Source: Octopus sinensis (taxonomy: Eukaryota). Taken from it: DNA of 64,000 bases. Position numbers and translations under genes: made by a program. The notes under the pieces were generated by a model that was not told the origin of the DNA, did not search any database, and worked only from the letters and a program-made list of their open reading frames with translations. Location of the stretch: contig NC_043022.1 in the NCBI RefSeq assembly GCF_006345805.1, positions 23,808,001-23,872,000 on the forward strand, given 5' to 3'. Positions 12,336-23,471 of this stretch are shown piece after piece; position 1 is the stretch's first letter, and every line of letters starts with the position of its first letter.

Positions 12336-12665
12336 GGCATGGCTGTGTGGTTAAAAAGCTTGCTTCCCAACCATGTGGTCTTGGGTTCAGTCCCACTGTG
12401 TGGCACCTTGGACAAATGTCTTCTACTATTTCTCCAGGCTGACCAAAACTTTATGAGTGAATCTGGTGAACTGAAAGAAACCCATCGTATATCTGTGTGT
12501 GTGCATGTGTGTGTGTGTGTGTGTGTATGTGAGTATGTTTGTAATGAGACATGGCATGGTGGTTGCAAATGGATCCAGTTGTCCTACAAGCACGGTTGTT
12601 AATTTCCAATCTTCCATGAAAAACATTAAACTGTGGAAACATATTACCTTGCTTAGAAACAGGCT
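12336..12665 (+). mobile_element. SINE family A variant
   Basis: Head GGCATGGCTGTGTGGTTAA...GGTTCAGTCCC. Confidence 0.8.
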
Positions 12666-13062
12666 GCTGTATATATATATAGCAATACTGTGTTGCCTTG
12701 AGAAAGCATCTCATATAGATGTATGGTGCTAAAAGAAACACACCAGCATCAGTAGCAAACAAAAAATGTCCAGAAGCAGCAGTGGAGTTGCTAGAACCCA
12801 GCATTTCTGTATATTTATATATCAACAACCACAAGTATCTTCTATCAACCACAGGTTTAGACAAATTTTGCCTTTACTAGAGTTGCAGATAGCTGGCAAG
12901 TTGCATAAAAATTTGTTATCTGCAACAGAAGCAGTACTAGTACCAAATAGCATTCTGTATGTCTTACTTAATGTGGATAGCCACAAAGCTGCAGTATTCA
13001 TCTTGAGAAAGCATTTTGTATAGCTGTATAGTGCTAAAAAGCATATGTGTGTATGTATATAT

Positions 13063-13367
13063 ATCACCGTGACCGACCAGGCTATCAGATGTTGCTACAC
13101 ATCGCTGGTCACAATGCGCTTCGCATTGTTTTAGCCTTCAAATGACGCCACCCCACTGGCTAAGCGAGCAGGCCAACAGAAGAAAGAGTGAGAGAAAGTT
13201 GTGGCAAAAGAGTACAGCAGGGATCGCCACCATCCCCTGCCGGAGCCTCGTGGAGCTTTAGGTGTTTACGCTCAATAAACACTCACAACGCCCCGGTCTG
13301 GGAATCGAAACCACGATCCTACGACTGCGAGTCCGCTGCCCTAACCACTAGGTCATTGCGCCTCCAC
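13063..13367 (-). mobile_element. tRNA-derived SINE, family C (GGAGGCGCAATG..CTAGTGGTTAGGGCAGCGGACTCG)
   Basis: Near-identical inverse of 48632-48942; inserted in (TA)n. Confidence 0.9.
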
Positions 13368-13525
13368 TATATATATATATATATATAATACTAAGAAGTT
13401 GTGCATGGTACCAGAATTTTTGACTTCAGTCAAATATAACAAACTACTCCAGATTGTTGTTAGAGTATCTGCATAAGTGGAGTCTAAACCAGCTAGTTTG
13501 TGTACTGGTATTAAGTGGTACGAGC

Positions 13526-13791
13526 TGTAATAATGATGTCAACCCAAATTGTGATATTGTGAAAGCATTTATTACGTATGCTTCAGGTTTGCAAAATATA
13601 TAATAGAAAATGCATCCATAAGGTAAACCTTCCAAGATTAAAGCATTTCAAGGTATCAAAATATTCCAAAATATTTCAACTGAGGAAGGTTTATGTAATG
13701 GATGCATTTCCTGTCTTTTATTACTCAAACCTGAAACATGCTTATTAAATGATTTCAAAATATCACTATTTAACTTGACTTCATTATTACA
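13526..13791. repeat. Diverged inverted repeat whose arms carry decayed hammerhead motifs
   Basis: Arms ~13526-13645 and ~13673-13791; + strand CTGAGGA (13680-13686), stem II AGGTTT/AAACCT, GAAA (13733-13736). Confidence 0.7.
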
Positions 13792-13823
13792 ACATGTGTG
13801 TGTGTTTCTGTGTATCTATACAC

Positions 13824-13860
<37 letters not shown>

Positions 13861-13868
<8 letters not shown>

Positions 13869-14025
13869 ATGTAGGAATGGTCATTTTGCCAGTTTAGCCA
13901 ATAAAAAACACACGCACTATATATTTGGTATTACTTTGGTTAAACTGGCAAAATGACCATTCCTAAATACAACAATATTTGTTTCAACACACGATTTCAC
14001 ATCAAAAATCTTGCAAAACAAATAT
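13861..14025. repeat. 41-bp inverted repeat plus tail inserted in (TA)n (PLE-like truncated end)
   Basis: 13861-13901 versus 13936-13976 with two mismatches; TA runs on both sides. Confidence 0.8.
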
Positions 14026-14034
14026 ATATATATA

Positions 14035-14440
14035 GGTGCAGGTGTGTTTGTGAGGTAAGAAATTTGCTTTCCAACCACATGGTTCTAGATTCAGTCCCAT
14101 TGCATGGAACCTTGATCAAGTGTCTTCTACAACAGCCTCAGCCCAACCAAACCTTGCAAGTGGATTTGGTAAAAGGAAACTGAAAGAAGTCTGTTGTGTG
14201 TGTGTGAATGCGTGTGTATGAATACGTGTGTGTGTTTCTACTGCACCAACCAGTTGACAGCCAGTGTTGGTGTGTTTATATCCTCCATAACTTAGCAGTT
14301 GGGCAAAAGTAACTGATAGAATAAGTACCAGGCTTTACAAAAAATAATAAGTACTGGGTCAATTCATTCTACTAAATATTTAAGGAGGTGCTCCAGCATG
14401 GTTGCTGTCTAATGACTGAAACAAGTAAAAGATAAAAAAT
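14035..14440 (+). mobile_element. SINE family A copy (diverged)
   Basis: Head, CA/TG linker and GACTGAAACAAGTAAAAGA tail. Confidence 0.8.
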
Positions 14441-14506
14441 ACAGATACATATATGCCTTTATTTATCTATTTATTTATTTATTCATTCTTTCCATGTTTC
14501 ACACAG

Positions 14507-14654
14507 GAAATGTGCTGACATTGCCCCATTGCTGGATACAGATGACATGGTAAAAATGCAGAAACCTGACTGGAAGTGCGTGTTCACATATGTGCAAAGT
14601 TTCTACCGAAAACTTCAGAAACATGAGAGGAACAAAGCAATGCCAAAAGCATGA
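14507..14654 (+). CDS. SMTN: Last coding exon of the smoothelin-family gene (KCADIAPLLDTDDMVKMQKPDWKCVFTYVQSFYRKLQKHERNKAMPKA*)
   Basis: TTTCACACAG acceptor in phase 2; PDWKCVFTYVQ is the smoothelin CH C-terminal motif; TGA at 14652-14654. Confidence 0.96.
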
Positions 14655-15148
14655 GATCAACCCGTCAGCATTTTAATCAGGCTTAGCCCCACCCTCCCTG
14701 TAGCTGTGGAGAGAAGATGAATGAAAAGTAAAGAAAACTGCGGAGGGTGTGGGTTGGGGTTGGGTTTTTTTATGGGCTTGCAATTAAGGGTTGGTTGGTT
14801 GGTTGGTTGGTTGGTTGGTTGGCTTGTAGAACTGCTTGCCTTAAGGATCACTTGAAAAAAGAATATTTATTTTTTTCAAGGACAAGAGAAAAACAAAAGA
14901 AAGAAAAATAAACAAAAAAAAATTTTTTTTGTCAATTTGTTTTGAAATTTTAACTTATAAAAAGAAAACAAAAACCAAAAAAATGAACAAAAAATATATT
15001 TAATAATAATAACGATGATGATGGTGATGATGATGATTATGCTTTCACGAAATCGGACAGCTTTGTTATTGAACAATTACGTTACCGCTGTTTTTCTGAG
15101 AGAATTTCTGCTGGAGCTTAGTTTAATAAGGTTTCTTGTTTGTTAAAC

Positions 15149-15154
15149 AATAAA
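15149..15154 (+). terminator. Candidate polyadenylation signal of the smoothelin-family gene
   Basis: AATAAA ~500 nt after the stop, followed by a GT/T-rich tract. Confidence 0.5.
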
Positions 15155-15728
15155 AGCCAGTGTTGCCGTTATTTTGTTTGTTTTTATTATTATTGTTGTT
15201 GTTACCCACCAAGGCCAACTTTGCCTTTCATAAAATAAAGTACCAGTCAAATACTGAAGCTGATGTAATCGACTAACCTACACCCTTTAAAAATTGCTGG
15301 CGTTGTGCCAAAATTTGGAACAGTTGTTGCTGTTGTTGTTGCTGTTCTGTTGTTGTTTTATATAAGCTGTTCCAAATCTCACACAAAGATCTCAAGGAGC
15401 AGTATGTTGGATGTTTTAGTGTCAGTATTATCTAAGATTCTATTAAGTTTGTAAAATAGATCACAAACATTTATAGAAATACACAAATGCAACTTCTTTT
15501 GTAAGATATGTGTGGGGGTGTGGGCATAGGCATGGCTGCATGGTGAGAAGTTTGCTTCCTGACCACATGGTTTCAGGTTCAGTCCTACTGTGCAACATCT
15601 CGAGCAAGTGTCTTCTACTATCGCCTCAGGCTGACTGAAGCCTTGTGTGTGGATTTTGTTGATGGAAAGAAGCTCATCATTTATATGTGTGTGTGTATTT
15701 ATAGATAAGAAACAAGTTTAAAATAATG

Positions 15729-16100
15729 GGCAGGAGTGGCTGGGTGGTAAGTAGCTTGTTTACCAACCACATGGTTCCGCGTTCAGTCCTACTGCATGGC
15801 TCCCTGGGCAAGTGACTTCTACTAAGGCCTCAGGCCGACCAAAGCCTTCTGAATGGATTTGGTAGATGGAAACTGAAAGAACTCCGTCATATATGTGTGT
15901 GTGTGTTTGCCTCCCCAACATCACTTAACAACTGATGCTTGTGTGTTTACATCCCCGTAACTTAGCGGTTCGGCAAAAGTTAGAATAAGTACTAGGCTTA
16001 CAAAGAATAAGTCCTGGGGTTGATTTGCTCAACTAAAGGCGGTGCTCCAGCATGGCCACAGTCAAATGACTGAAACAAGTAAAAGAATAAAAGAATGAAA
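15729..16100 (+). mobile_element. SINE family A, full length
   Basis: Head GGCAGGAGTGGCTGGGTGGTAAG to tail AAGTAAAAGAATAAAAGAAT; a second head fragment lies at 15528-15680. Confidence 0.9.
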
Positions 16101-16133
16101 GAATTACATACTATTTCTTTACTAGAGCAAATT

Positions 16134-16258
16134 TGGCTTACACCTGTTTTCAGTAGTCATTATAGGTAAATTACTGATAGGTTTACTCAACTGATTTATT
16201 GATCAATCGAGGCAAATTGAACGACCCATGAAAATTAATGCTACTTTCGTCAGAGCCA
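16134..16258 (-). ncRNA. Candidate type I hammerhead ribozyme with very long stem II
   Basis: TGGCT-CTGACGA-A-AGTAGCATTA...TAATGACTACT-GAAA-ACAGGTG-TA-AGCCA; perfect 5-bp stem I, imperfect stem III. Confidence 0.65.
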
Positions 16259-16696
16259 TTTCTAGTTATAACAAGCAGAGCACTTGAGGAATGGCTATTG
16301 TGTTGGGAGGGTGGGAGGAGAAGATGGGAATGTTCAAGTAGAACAGGGAACAGAGGAAGGCAGGTTACAAAAGGGGTGGAGATAGGTAAGGGAATGGTAC
16401 AGTAGTCGCTTACTGTATTGCCAAATTTGGAAGAGAGAGACAGTCCTCAAACTTTAGTGTTTGTAGCCAGGACAGCACCCATTACCATATTAGCATTGTA
16501 TATAGGTTAGATATGCTCCAACCATTATGTTGAAGTTTGATATGGGATTTTCATGTTAGCATGGTGTGCCAACAGAGAGCTTATGAAGCATTTTGCCCAG
16601 GTTGATAATCCCTCACTATTTGTTCTATATATATATATACATACATATACATACATACATATACATACATATATATATATACATATATATATACAC

Positions 16697-16727
<31 letters not shown>

Positions 16728-16962
16728 CACATACATATATATACATATACATATACACATACATATATATACATATATATATATATGCACATACATATAT
16801 ATACATACATACATATACATATATATCTACACATACATATGTATATATATACATATATATATATACATATATATATACACACATATATATACATATGTAT
16901 ATATATACATATATATATATATTATATATATATATATATTATACATACATATATTTATATAT

Positions 16963-17013
<51 letters not shown>

Positions 17014-17137
17014 AAGAGAGATTCAGATGAATATGATACCTAAGTTGAGGCACCAGAATTTAGTACAGTATTACCCATACAATTTCAAAGTAAGGTGATT
17101 AAAATCAAAATAAGCAACAAGGATATCCAGAGGTAAT

Positions 17138-17223
17138 GCAGTACGATCATTTCATGCAACTCCATTTATTTGAATAATGCAATTCTTTACATCAATTTAA
17201 AATGCAGAGCAATCCTCAGCTGC
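17138..17223 (-). ncRNA. Candidate type I hammerhead ribozyme
   Basis: GCAG-CTGAGGA-TTGCTCTGCATTT...AAATGGAGTTGCAT-GAAA-TGATCG-TA-CTGC. Confidence 0.7.
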
Positions 17224-17404
17224 GTAAAGACATAGAATTTAATTAAATTAGAACAGATGGACACATTAGTATAATTATACCTAAAATCTCCAAGAAGTTA
17301 AGGAGATAGACAAAGAACATGATTTATATATATCTTCAGGCACCCTGCTGGGCTGTGAAATTTTATTTTTCTCACAAGAGTTCCAGGTTCGAAATTTCCC
17401 CAAG

Positions 17405-17449
17405 ACACCTGATGAAGGCTGGAGGGTATATCAGCCAAAATATAGTGTT
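17405..17449 (+). ncRNA. Decayed type I hammerhead ribozyme
   Basis: ACAC-CTGATGA-A-GGCTG-loop-CAGCC-AAAA-TATA-GTGT; G12 is lost, consistent with CpG decay of GAAACG. Confidence 0.6.
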
Positions 17450-17594
17450 AACATCAAACAAGATGAGGAGAAATATACGTCAAATGTAGATAATGCTATT
17501 ATTATTGTTGGGGATATCAAGGTTTTTGCATAGCTTTGTTAATCTAAGCAATGATCACTGATTTAATATCTATCTCTTATATCTGTGTAAAACA

Positions 17595-18125
17595 ATGTTG
17601 TGCGTATGGTGGGACTGGGAAGGGATTATCCATTGCGAATTGCTTGAATGGAACCAAACGGTCAACTCGGAACTATGTTCAACAGATGGAACGACTCAAC
17701 ACGGCTATTCAAGAGAAAAGACCTAATCAGCAGCATGGAGTTCTGCTGCATGACAACGCCCGCCCTCATATCGCCAATATGACCAAGGAAGCCATTCAAA
17801 CGCATGGCTGGTAAGTGCTGCCACACCCGCCGTACTCTCCTCACTTGGCACCAACGGATTTCTACCTCTTTCGATCTCTTTCAAATGCTATGCGCGGAGT
17901 TTCGTTCAATACTGAGGCAGAATTGAGAGCTTAGTTGGATCAATTTTTCGAGTCAAAATTGGGTGACTTCTACCAACGAGGTACTGAAAATCTTGTTGAA
18001 CGTCGGGAAGAAGTTGTAAACAACAAGGATGAATGCATTATTGATTAATTAGTTGTTATTTTTTATTAAACCTTTTAAAAAATTTAGATTTAAAAAAACA
18101 GCGGGAACTTAGTTGCCAGTCTAAT
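17595..18125 (+). mobile_element. Mariner transposase 3' half with terminal repeat
   Basis: WWDWEGIIH...LLHDNARPH...W*VLPHPPYSPHLAPTDFYLFRSL; ends GGAACTTAGTTGCCAGTCTAA-TA. Confidence 0.9.
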
Positions 18126-18345
18126 ACATACATATGTGTATATGTTTATGTATATTCATGTATATGTATCTATGTGTATATATATAGTACAAAGATAGGG
18201 GTTATGAGGGTAACCCACTATGGGATATCAGTTATCCAATATACTGCTGGTGAAGCACCCAAATACTAAATACATAAATGCTTATAATTGCAATGCAATT
18301 AATTCATTTATTGTATTGGATGGGTGAAGATAAAATATATATGTA

Positions 18346-18409
<64 letters not shown>

Positions 18410-18667
18410 CATATGTATTTATGGCTGTATATGTATATATATCTGTATGTATACATATATATATATATTAGTGTATGTGTGTATACATATAATATCTGCA
18501 TCTATCTAGTTATATAGCTTTCAATACACACACACACGATGTAAATGTTATTCGAGAAATTGTACAAAGCTTCTTTTGTCCAAAAGTTGTTTGGCAAAGA
18601 AAAAATAAAACAACAACACTCGAACGAAATACCAAAATGAAGAATTCTTGTCTTAGAAATGATGTCA

Positions 18668-18892
18668 TCACGATGATGATGATGATGTTGGTAGTGATGA
18701 TGACGAATTCGTCTGTGAAGATATTTTTGTTTCCTTTCTTCTCTCACAGTAAGGCGAATTAGTTCTGAGGTTGTTATATTCCTTGTGTCTCCTATTCTTA
18801 ACATTTTGGTAACTGGAGGCAACTGGTATGAGACAGACTGTGAGTCTTAAGTTTGAAATACCTGGCAGTGTTCTGCAATATTCGTGAAATCC
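18668..18892 (-). CDS. Possible terminal exon of an unidentified convergent gene
   Basis: Non-repetitive segment; minus-strand ...CTGGCAG acceptor, then 74 sense codons (GFHEYCRTLPGISNLRLTVCLIP...SSSSS*); frame and identity uncertain. Confidence 0.3.
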   Translation of the reverse strand, partial: GFHEYCRTLPGISNLRLTVCLIPVASSYQNVKNRRHKEYNNLRTNSPYCERRKETKISSQTNSSSSLPTSSSSS

Positions 18893-19171
18893 CTGCCAGA
18901 TTTAAATTATTGAACAAGAGAAATAGCTCTCATTTTCTATTTTGTATCATTAGTTTTAAGAGAAAAACACTCGCACACAACCACACTCAAATGCTTACAC
19001 ATGTGTGCGTATGTGTGTGTAATCCTTTGATTATCGCGGGTGTTACATTCTAACACCCCCTGCGATAGGTGAAAATCCGCGAAGTAGAAACAGTACTGTA
19101 TATATTTCTTTATTACTTTTACTCCAAAATTAAACATTTTAATATGCAAAATACACTTCACATTATTATAT

Positions 19172-19211
<40 letters not shown>

Positions 19212-19217
<6 letters not shown>

Positions 19218-19723
19218 TTGTTTCAGTCATTTGACTGCGGCCATGCTGGAGCACTGCCTTTAATCGAGCAACTCGACCCCGGGACTTATTCTTTTTGTAA
19301 GCCCAGTACTTATTCTATCGGTCTCTTTTGCCGAACCGCTAAGTAACGGGGGACATAAACACACCAGCATCGGTTGTCAAGCAATGGTAGGGGGACAAAC
19401 ACAGACACACACGCATATATATATATATATATATACGATTTTCTCCCCTCCATACACCCAGACATTTCTACACTACTGCATGTACTTTATATGCACTTTC
19501 TGACAAGTTGTGGTGCACCTGAGCACTGTATACAATAATTTCATTATTATTATTATACATATATACGACGGGCTTCTTTCAGTTTCCGTCTACCAAATCC
19601 ACTCACAAGGCTTCGGTCATCCCAAGGCTATAGTAGAAGACACTTGCCAAAGGTGCCATGCATTGGGACTGAACCCGGAACTATGTGGTTGGTAAACAAG
19701 CTACTTACCACACAGCCACTCCT
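19212..19723 (-). mobile_element. SINE family A with a nested CR1-type 3' fragment (~19438-19555) in its TA linker
   Basis: Family A sequence; the insert matches the 3' end of the LINE at 36455-36945. Confidence 0.85.
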
Positions 19724-19724
19724 G

Positions 19725-20225
19725 CAAAAAATATTGTGTTTATTGGCTATCTTCAAAATGATCACACCATCAATGGAAAATTTCAATGCCAACTTCCTAA
19801 GGCAGTTATGAAAGGCTATCAAGACCAAACACCCAGAAAAACTGATGAATGGGGTCTTGTTTCATTAGGACAATGCTTCAGCACACAAGTCCTTGGTTTC
19901 AATGGCTGCTGTGTGTGACTGGCTTTGAACTGGTTGATCATCCTCCCTATATTAGTGATTTGGTTCCTTCTGGTTATCATCTGTTTCCCAACATAGAAAA
20001 ACACTCAGCTGAGCACCAGTATCACTATGATGAGAACATCTTATCTGTTGTTGATGACCATTTTGATCAAGAGAAAAGCTTCTTCACCAGTGCGACCCAA
20101 GCACTGCAACTACTAATGGAAGTGTGTGGACAGTAAGAGGAACTATGTTAGAAAATGAACTTCATTTCGTCACATTCCATTGAGAGTGTCTTGCTCAGAT
20201 TATGAACATTTCAGCCGACCCTCAT
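19725..20225 (+). mobile_element. Mariner relic
   Basis: DHPPYISDLVPSGYHLFPNI; terminal ...TTCAGCCGACCCTCATA. Confidence 0.8.
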
Positions 20226-20286
20226 AATAATAAAAATTATTATTATACTTGCATTTGTTTTAATGTTAACATTGGAAAAATCCATA

Positions 20287-20486
20287 GCATTCTTTCGATA
20301 TGAGTACCGCTTACATCACGTCTATTTGTTTACATTTGAAGAAGATCGTCACTTTCCGTAAATTTTTTTTATATATGTTGGGGTTAGGGTTAAGGTTAGG
20401 GAAGGGTTTCTTTATTCTTCAGAAATGTAAATAAACCCACGTGGGTTTACAATTGACAGCTATGTAACTAGTACCGAATGATCGCC
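20287..20486. mobile_element. Merlin-type MITE remnant with TTAGGG-like repeats
   Basis: Ends ...TACCGAATGATCGCC, resembling the TIR of 35023-35192; GGGGTTAGGGTTAAGGTTAGGG inside. Confidence 0.6.
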
Positions 20487-20530
20487 ATATATATATACAT
20501 ATATACATACATATACACGCATTCACACAC

Positions 20531-20565
<35 letters not shown>

Positions 20566-20638
20566 GTTAATCCAAACATGAAAACACAAAGAGAAAACAC
20601 AACAACGCGAGGACGTGGAACAATTATATTATTGGACG

Positions 20639-20676
<38 letters not shown>

Positions 20677-20690
20677 TACATACACACACA

Positions 20691-21730
20691 CGTTTCCGAA
20701 GAAATCTTTTTTTTTTTAAATGCACTTTTGAAGTTGAGATGCGAATCTGCATCAGCCCCCTTTCTTTACACATATTTTAAGATGACATTTTGCAGAAATT
20801 CGTTTTCTAGAGTGTGGATTACATTAAATTGAAAAAATCAAATAAGTTTGAAAAGGATAATAAAAAATTAGTGGTAACAATGTCTGGACAAAAAGAAACC
20901 ATGTTAATGTTTGCGTGAAACAAGTCAAAATGTATTAAAACAATATCTTTTACATACCTGCTAAAATTACTGCATATGTAGATCCCAGGATGTATAATTC
21001 CTAAGTTGCAAAACAATTTTGAATTGGTATCAATAGTTTCTGCTTTCCTTTAGCAATTTTTCGCGCCCAAATTTTAAGTGGGTAATTAGTACGCTTCGAT
21101 TTCGTGTGGAGAGGCGGAGATAGTGAGTAAAGGTGTGTCTTGTCATTTATGTATTTAAAAAAAAATTTTTTTTGACCCGTACAATATAAATTCTGAAATG
21201 CAGATTCGGAATATCCGCCCTCGATATAGTGTGTTCATGTAAAAATAAGATCAAAACAATATCCCAAAGTCGGTGCGTTCGATGATCTTTACCTCCGCCA
21301 ATTTGTACATTCCCCGGTGACCGATCTATGAAATTTGGGGAATGATTTACCGTGTGGTGAATGTAACCGAGTATGTGGAGATTACAATAGCTTGCCAAAT
21401 TGTCAGTCATAACAGTAGTTCCTAGAAGAACGTTTTATCTGATAACATTCTCCAACGTCTCTGCACTCCTATCGGGTACACGTTGAAGAAATCCTTTTTC
21501 TTGTTGTGGTGTCATAACATCGGACAACCTAAGTTTTGCGACACATTCTTCCTATATTGTTCTTGCTATTGAAGAAGAACAAGCTTTCATCGATCTCCAC
21601 TATATGATCCGGACCACCAATAGGGGTTTTGCCCTGCAGCAGTTTTGCCGAGCAAACATCGCTACAGAACTGGTACCACTGAACGGCAGTTTTTATATCA
21701 ATGCGATTCATACTTGCAGTTATCGTCACA
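20691..21730 (-). mobile_element. Merlin (IS1016/IS1595-like) DNA transposon relic
   Basis: IGGPDHIVEIDESLF...VPDRSAETL...GTTVMTD...Y..L..LGYIHHTVNHSPNFID; stops present; may extend to ~22400. Confidence 0.9.
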
Positions 21731-22988
21731 CGAAAATAAAATCAAACACTAAATGAAAAATTACATATAATGGCAGCTTAGACTTTTCTTTAAATGTACC
21801 TTTCCTGATGAAAAGATATTTTGTTTTTAACGTTTGGCGCACTTCCTATTGACAAACCCGTCAATTGAACAACTAAAATTAGGAAAATTCATCGAATGTG
21901 TCCAAGCACACGTTTTTTCAATGACAATATGTTTTGTCTTCAGATAAATCTATAATGTTCTCTCGTACAAGGTACAGTAGAAGTTCCAATTTGGGTGTAC
22001 ACAATGTAAAATAAAATAAGAAAAATAGTAACAGGTGCTTCTTTTTAAAAGGTACAAATATTGTGAAGAAGTTGAAGATTGTTGGTAGCTTCTTGGTTTC
22101 AATTAGAGGTTAACGGAAATAATGTATGAATTTGTGCGATGTTAATCCATCGAATTTATTTTTAATTGTGATAATGAAACAATGGGTTCAGTCCTTACCG
22201 CCAAAATGTATCTTGCAAAAGAACCCCCACGCACACACATACATACATACACACATTTACACAATTTCAGAAGCATAGCAACAGTTGCTTCTTGGTGGGA
22301 AGAAGATGATGATGATGATTGTTGCTGATGGGATATTTCACACACACACACATACAAACATACCTATACATAGATAAACCCTACCCTAACGCACGTAGAT
22401 AAACATAGACGAAGTCCCATTTTGGAAGTATGTTAAACTTTTTAGTAGACGTATGACGGAGAATTATTTAATACCGTGTTTGCTTCTATGAGAATCGCTT
22501 ATCTTTAAAGCGAAAAAACAAAACCGACGTATACAACAGGTATGTATAACATGCTGCTTCTCTTGTTTTAACCGTTCATTTTCTGAGCTGAAGAGATTGT
22601 TGTGCTCGCGCACCCTTTATTACAGAGTAAGGAGGTGTGTGTGGATCAATTATGGAGTTTTCAGTGTGGATATTTTGCTTATGCATTCCAAAACCGAGTT
22701 GTCGATTTTCACGTATGGGATATCGAAAGAATCAGTACTATTTCCACTACTAACTAAACTTTATTGTCATTGACATATTTAAATTACAAAAATTTAAAAC
22801 TATAATCTTTTCCATATATAGGCGTAGGGGTGGCTGTGTGGTAAGTAGCTTGCCTACCAACCAGATGGTTCCGGGTTCAGTCCCACTGCGTGGCACCTTG
22901 CCTAAGTATCTTCTACTATAGCCTCAGCCGATCAAAGCCTTGTGAGTGGATTTGGTAGGCGGAAACTGAAAGAAGCCCGTCGTATATA

Positions 22989-23076
<88 letters not shown>

Positions 23077-23084
<8 letters not shown>

Positions 23085-23333
23085 AATATGTTACATTACT
23101 CGATAGTCAAGATAAAACTCCGAGTTTCAGATGCCGAAGTGGAAATCCACAACACCATCTCTTCGGTTATCTGGCTATTTGAAAACGCTATGAAAAACGC
23201 TATGAAAAAGATTTTTTCATAGCGTTTTCAAATAGCCAGATAACCGAAGAGATGGTGTTGTGGATTTCCACTTTGGCATCTGAAACTCGGACTTTTATCT
23301 TGACTATCGAGTAATGTAACATATTATTGTATA
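23077..23333. repeat. Near-perfect ~120 bp inverted repeat in (TA)n, each arm carrying a hammerhead
   Basis: 23077-23197 versus 23213-23333 differ at two positions; a ~70 bp tail follows before the next TA run. Confidence 0.95.
23110..23172 (-). ncRNA. Candidate type I hammerhead ribozyme (C4 core variant)
   Basis: AGATAA-CCGAAGA-GATG...CATC-T-GAAA-CTCGGAG-TT-TTATCT; the + copy at 23238-23300 has a G>C change breaking stem III. Confidence 0.7.
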
Positions 23334-23398
23334 GATAAATTTCCTCTATTTACATAATATTGAGGTCTCTTTCTTTCTTTTGTTATCTTACCGTTTTA

Positions 23399-23471
<73 letters not shown>

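Noticed and set aside
13290-13367. tRNA genes at SINE heads (also 32579, 37340, 48632)
   Set aside because: No acceptor stem, and each continues into a multicopy SINE body.
16520-16625. Possible further hammerhead relic (GAAGCATTTTGCCCAGG)
   Set aside because: Core and stems too degenerate to support from this sequence.
22588-22757. Open + frame AEEIVVLAHPLL...WDIERISTISTTN after a possible short intron
   Set aside because: The upstream phase-compatible frame has a stop, there is no recognisable domain, and it lies between transposon relics.
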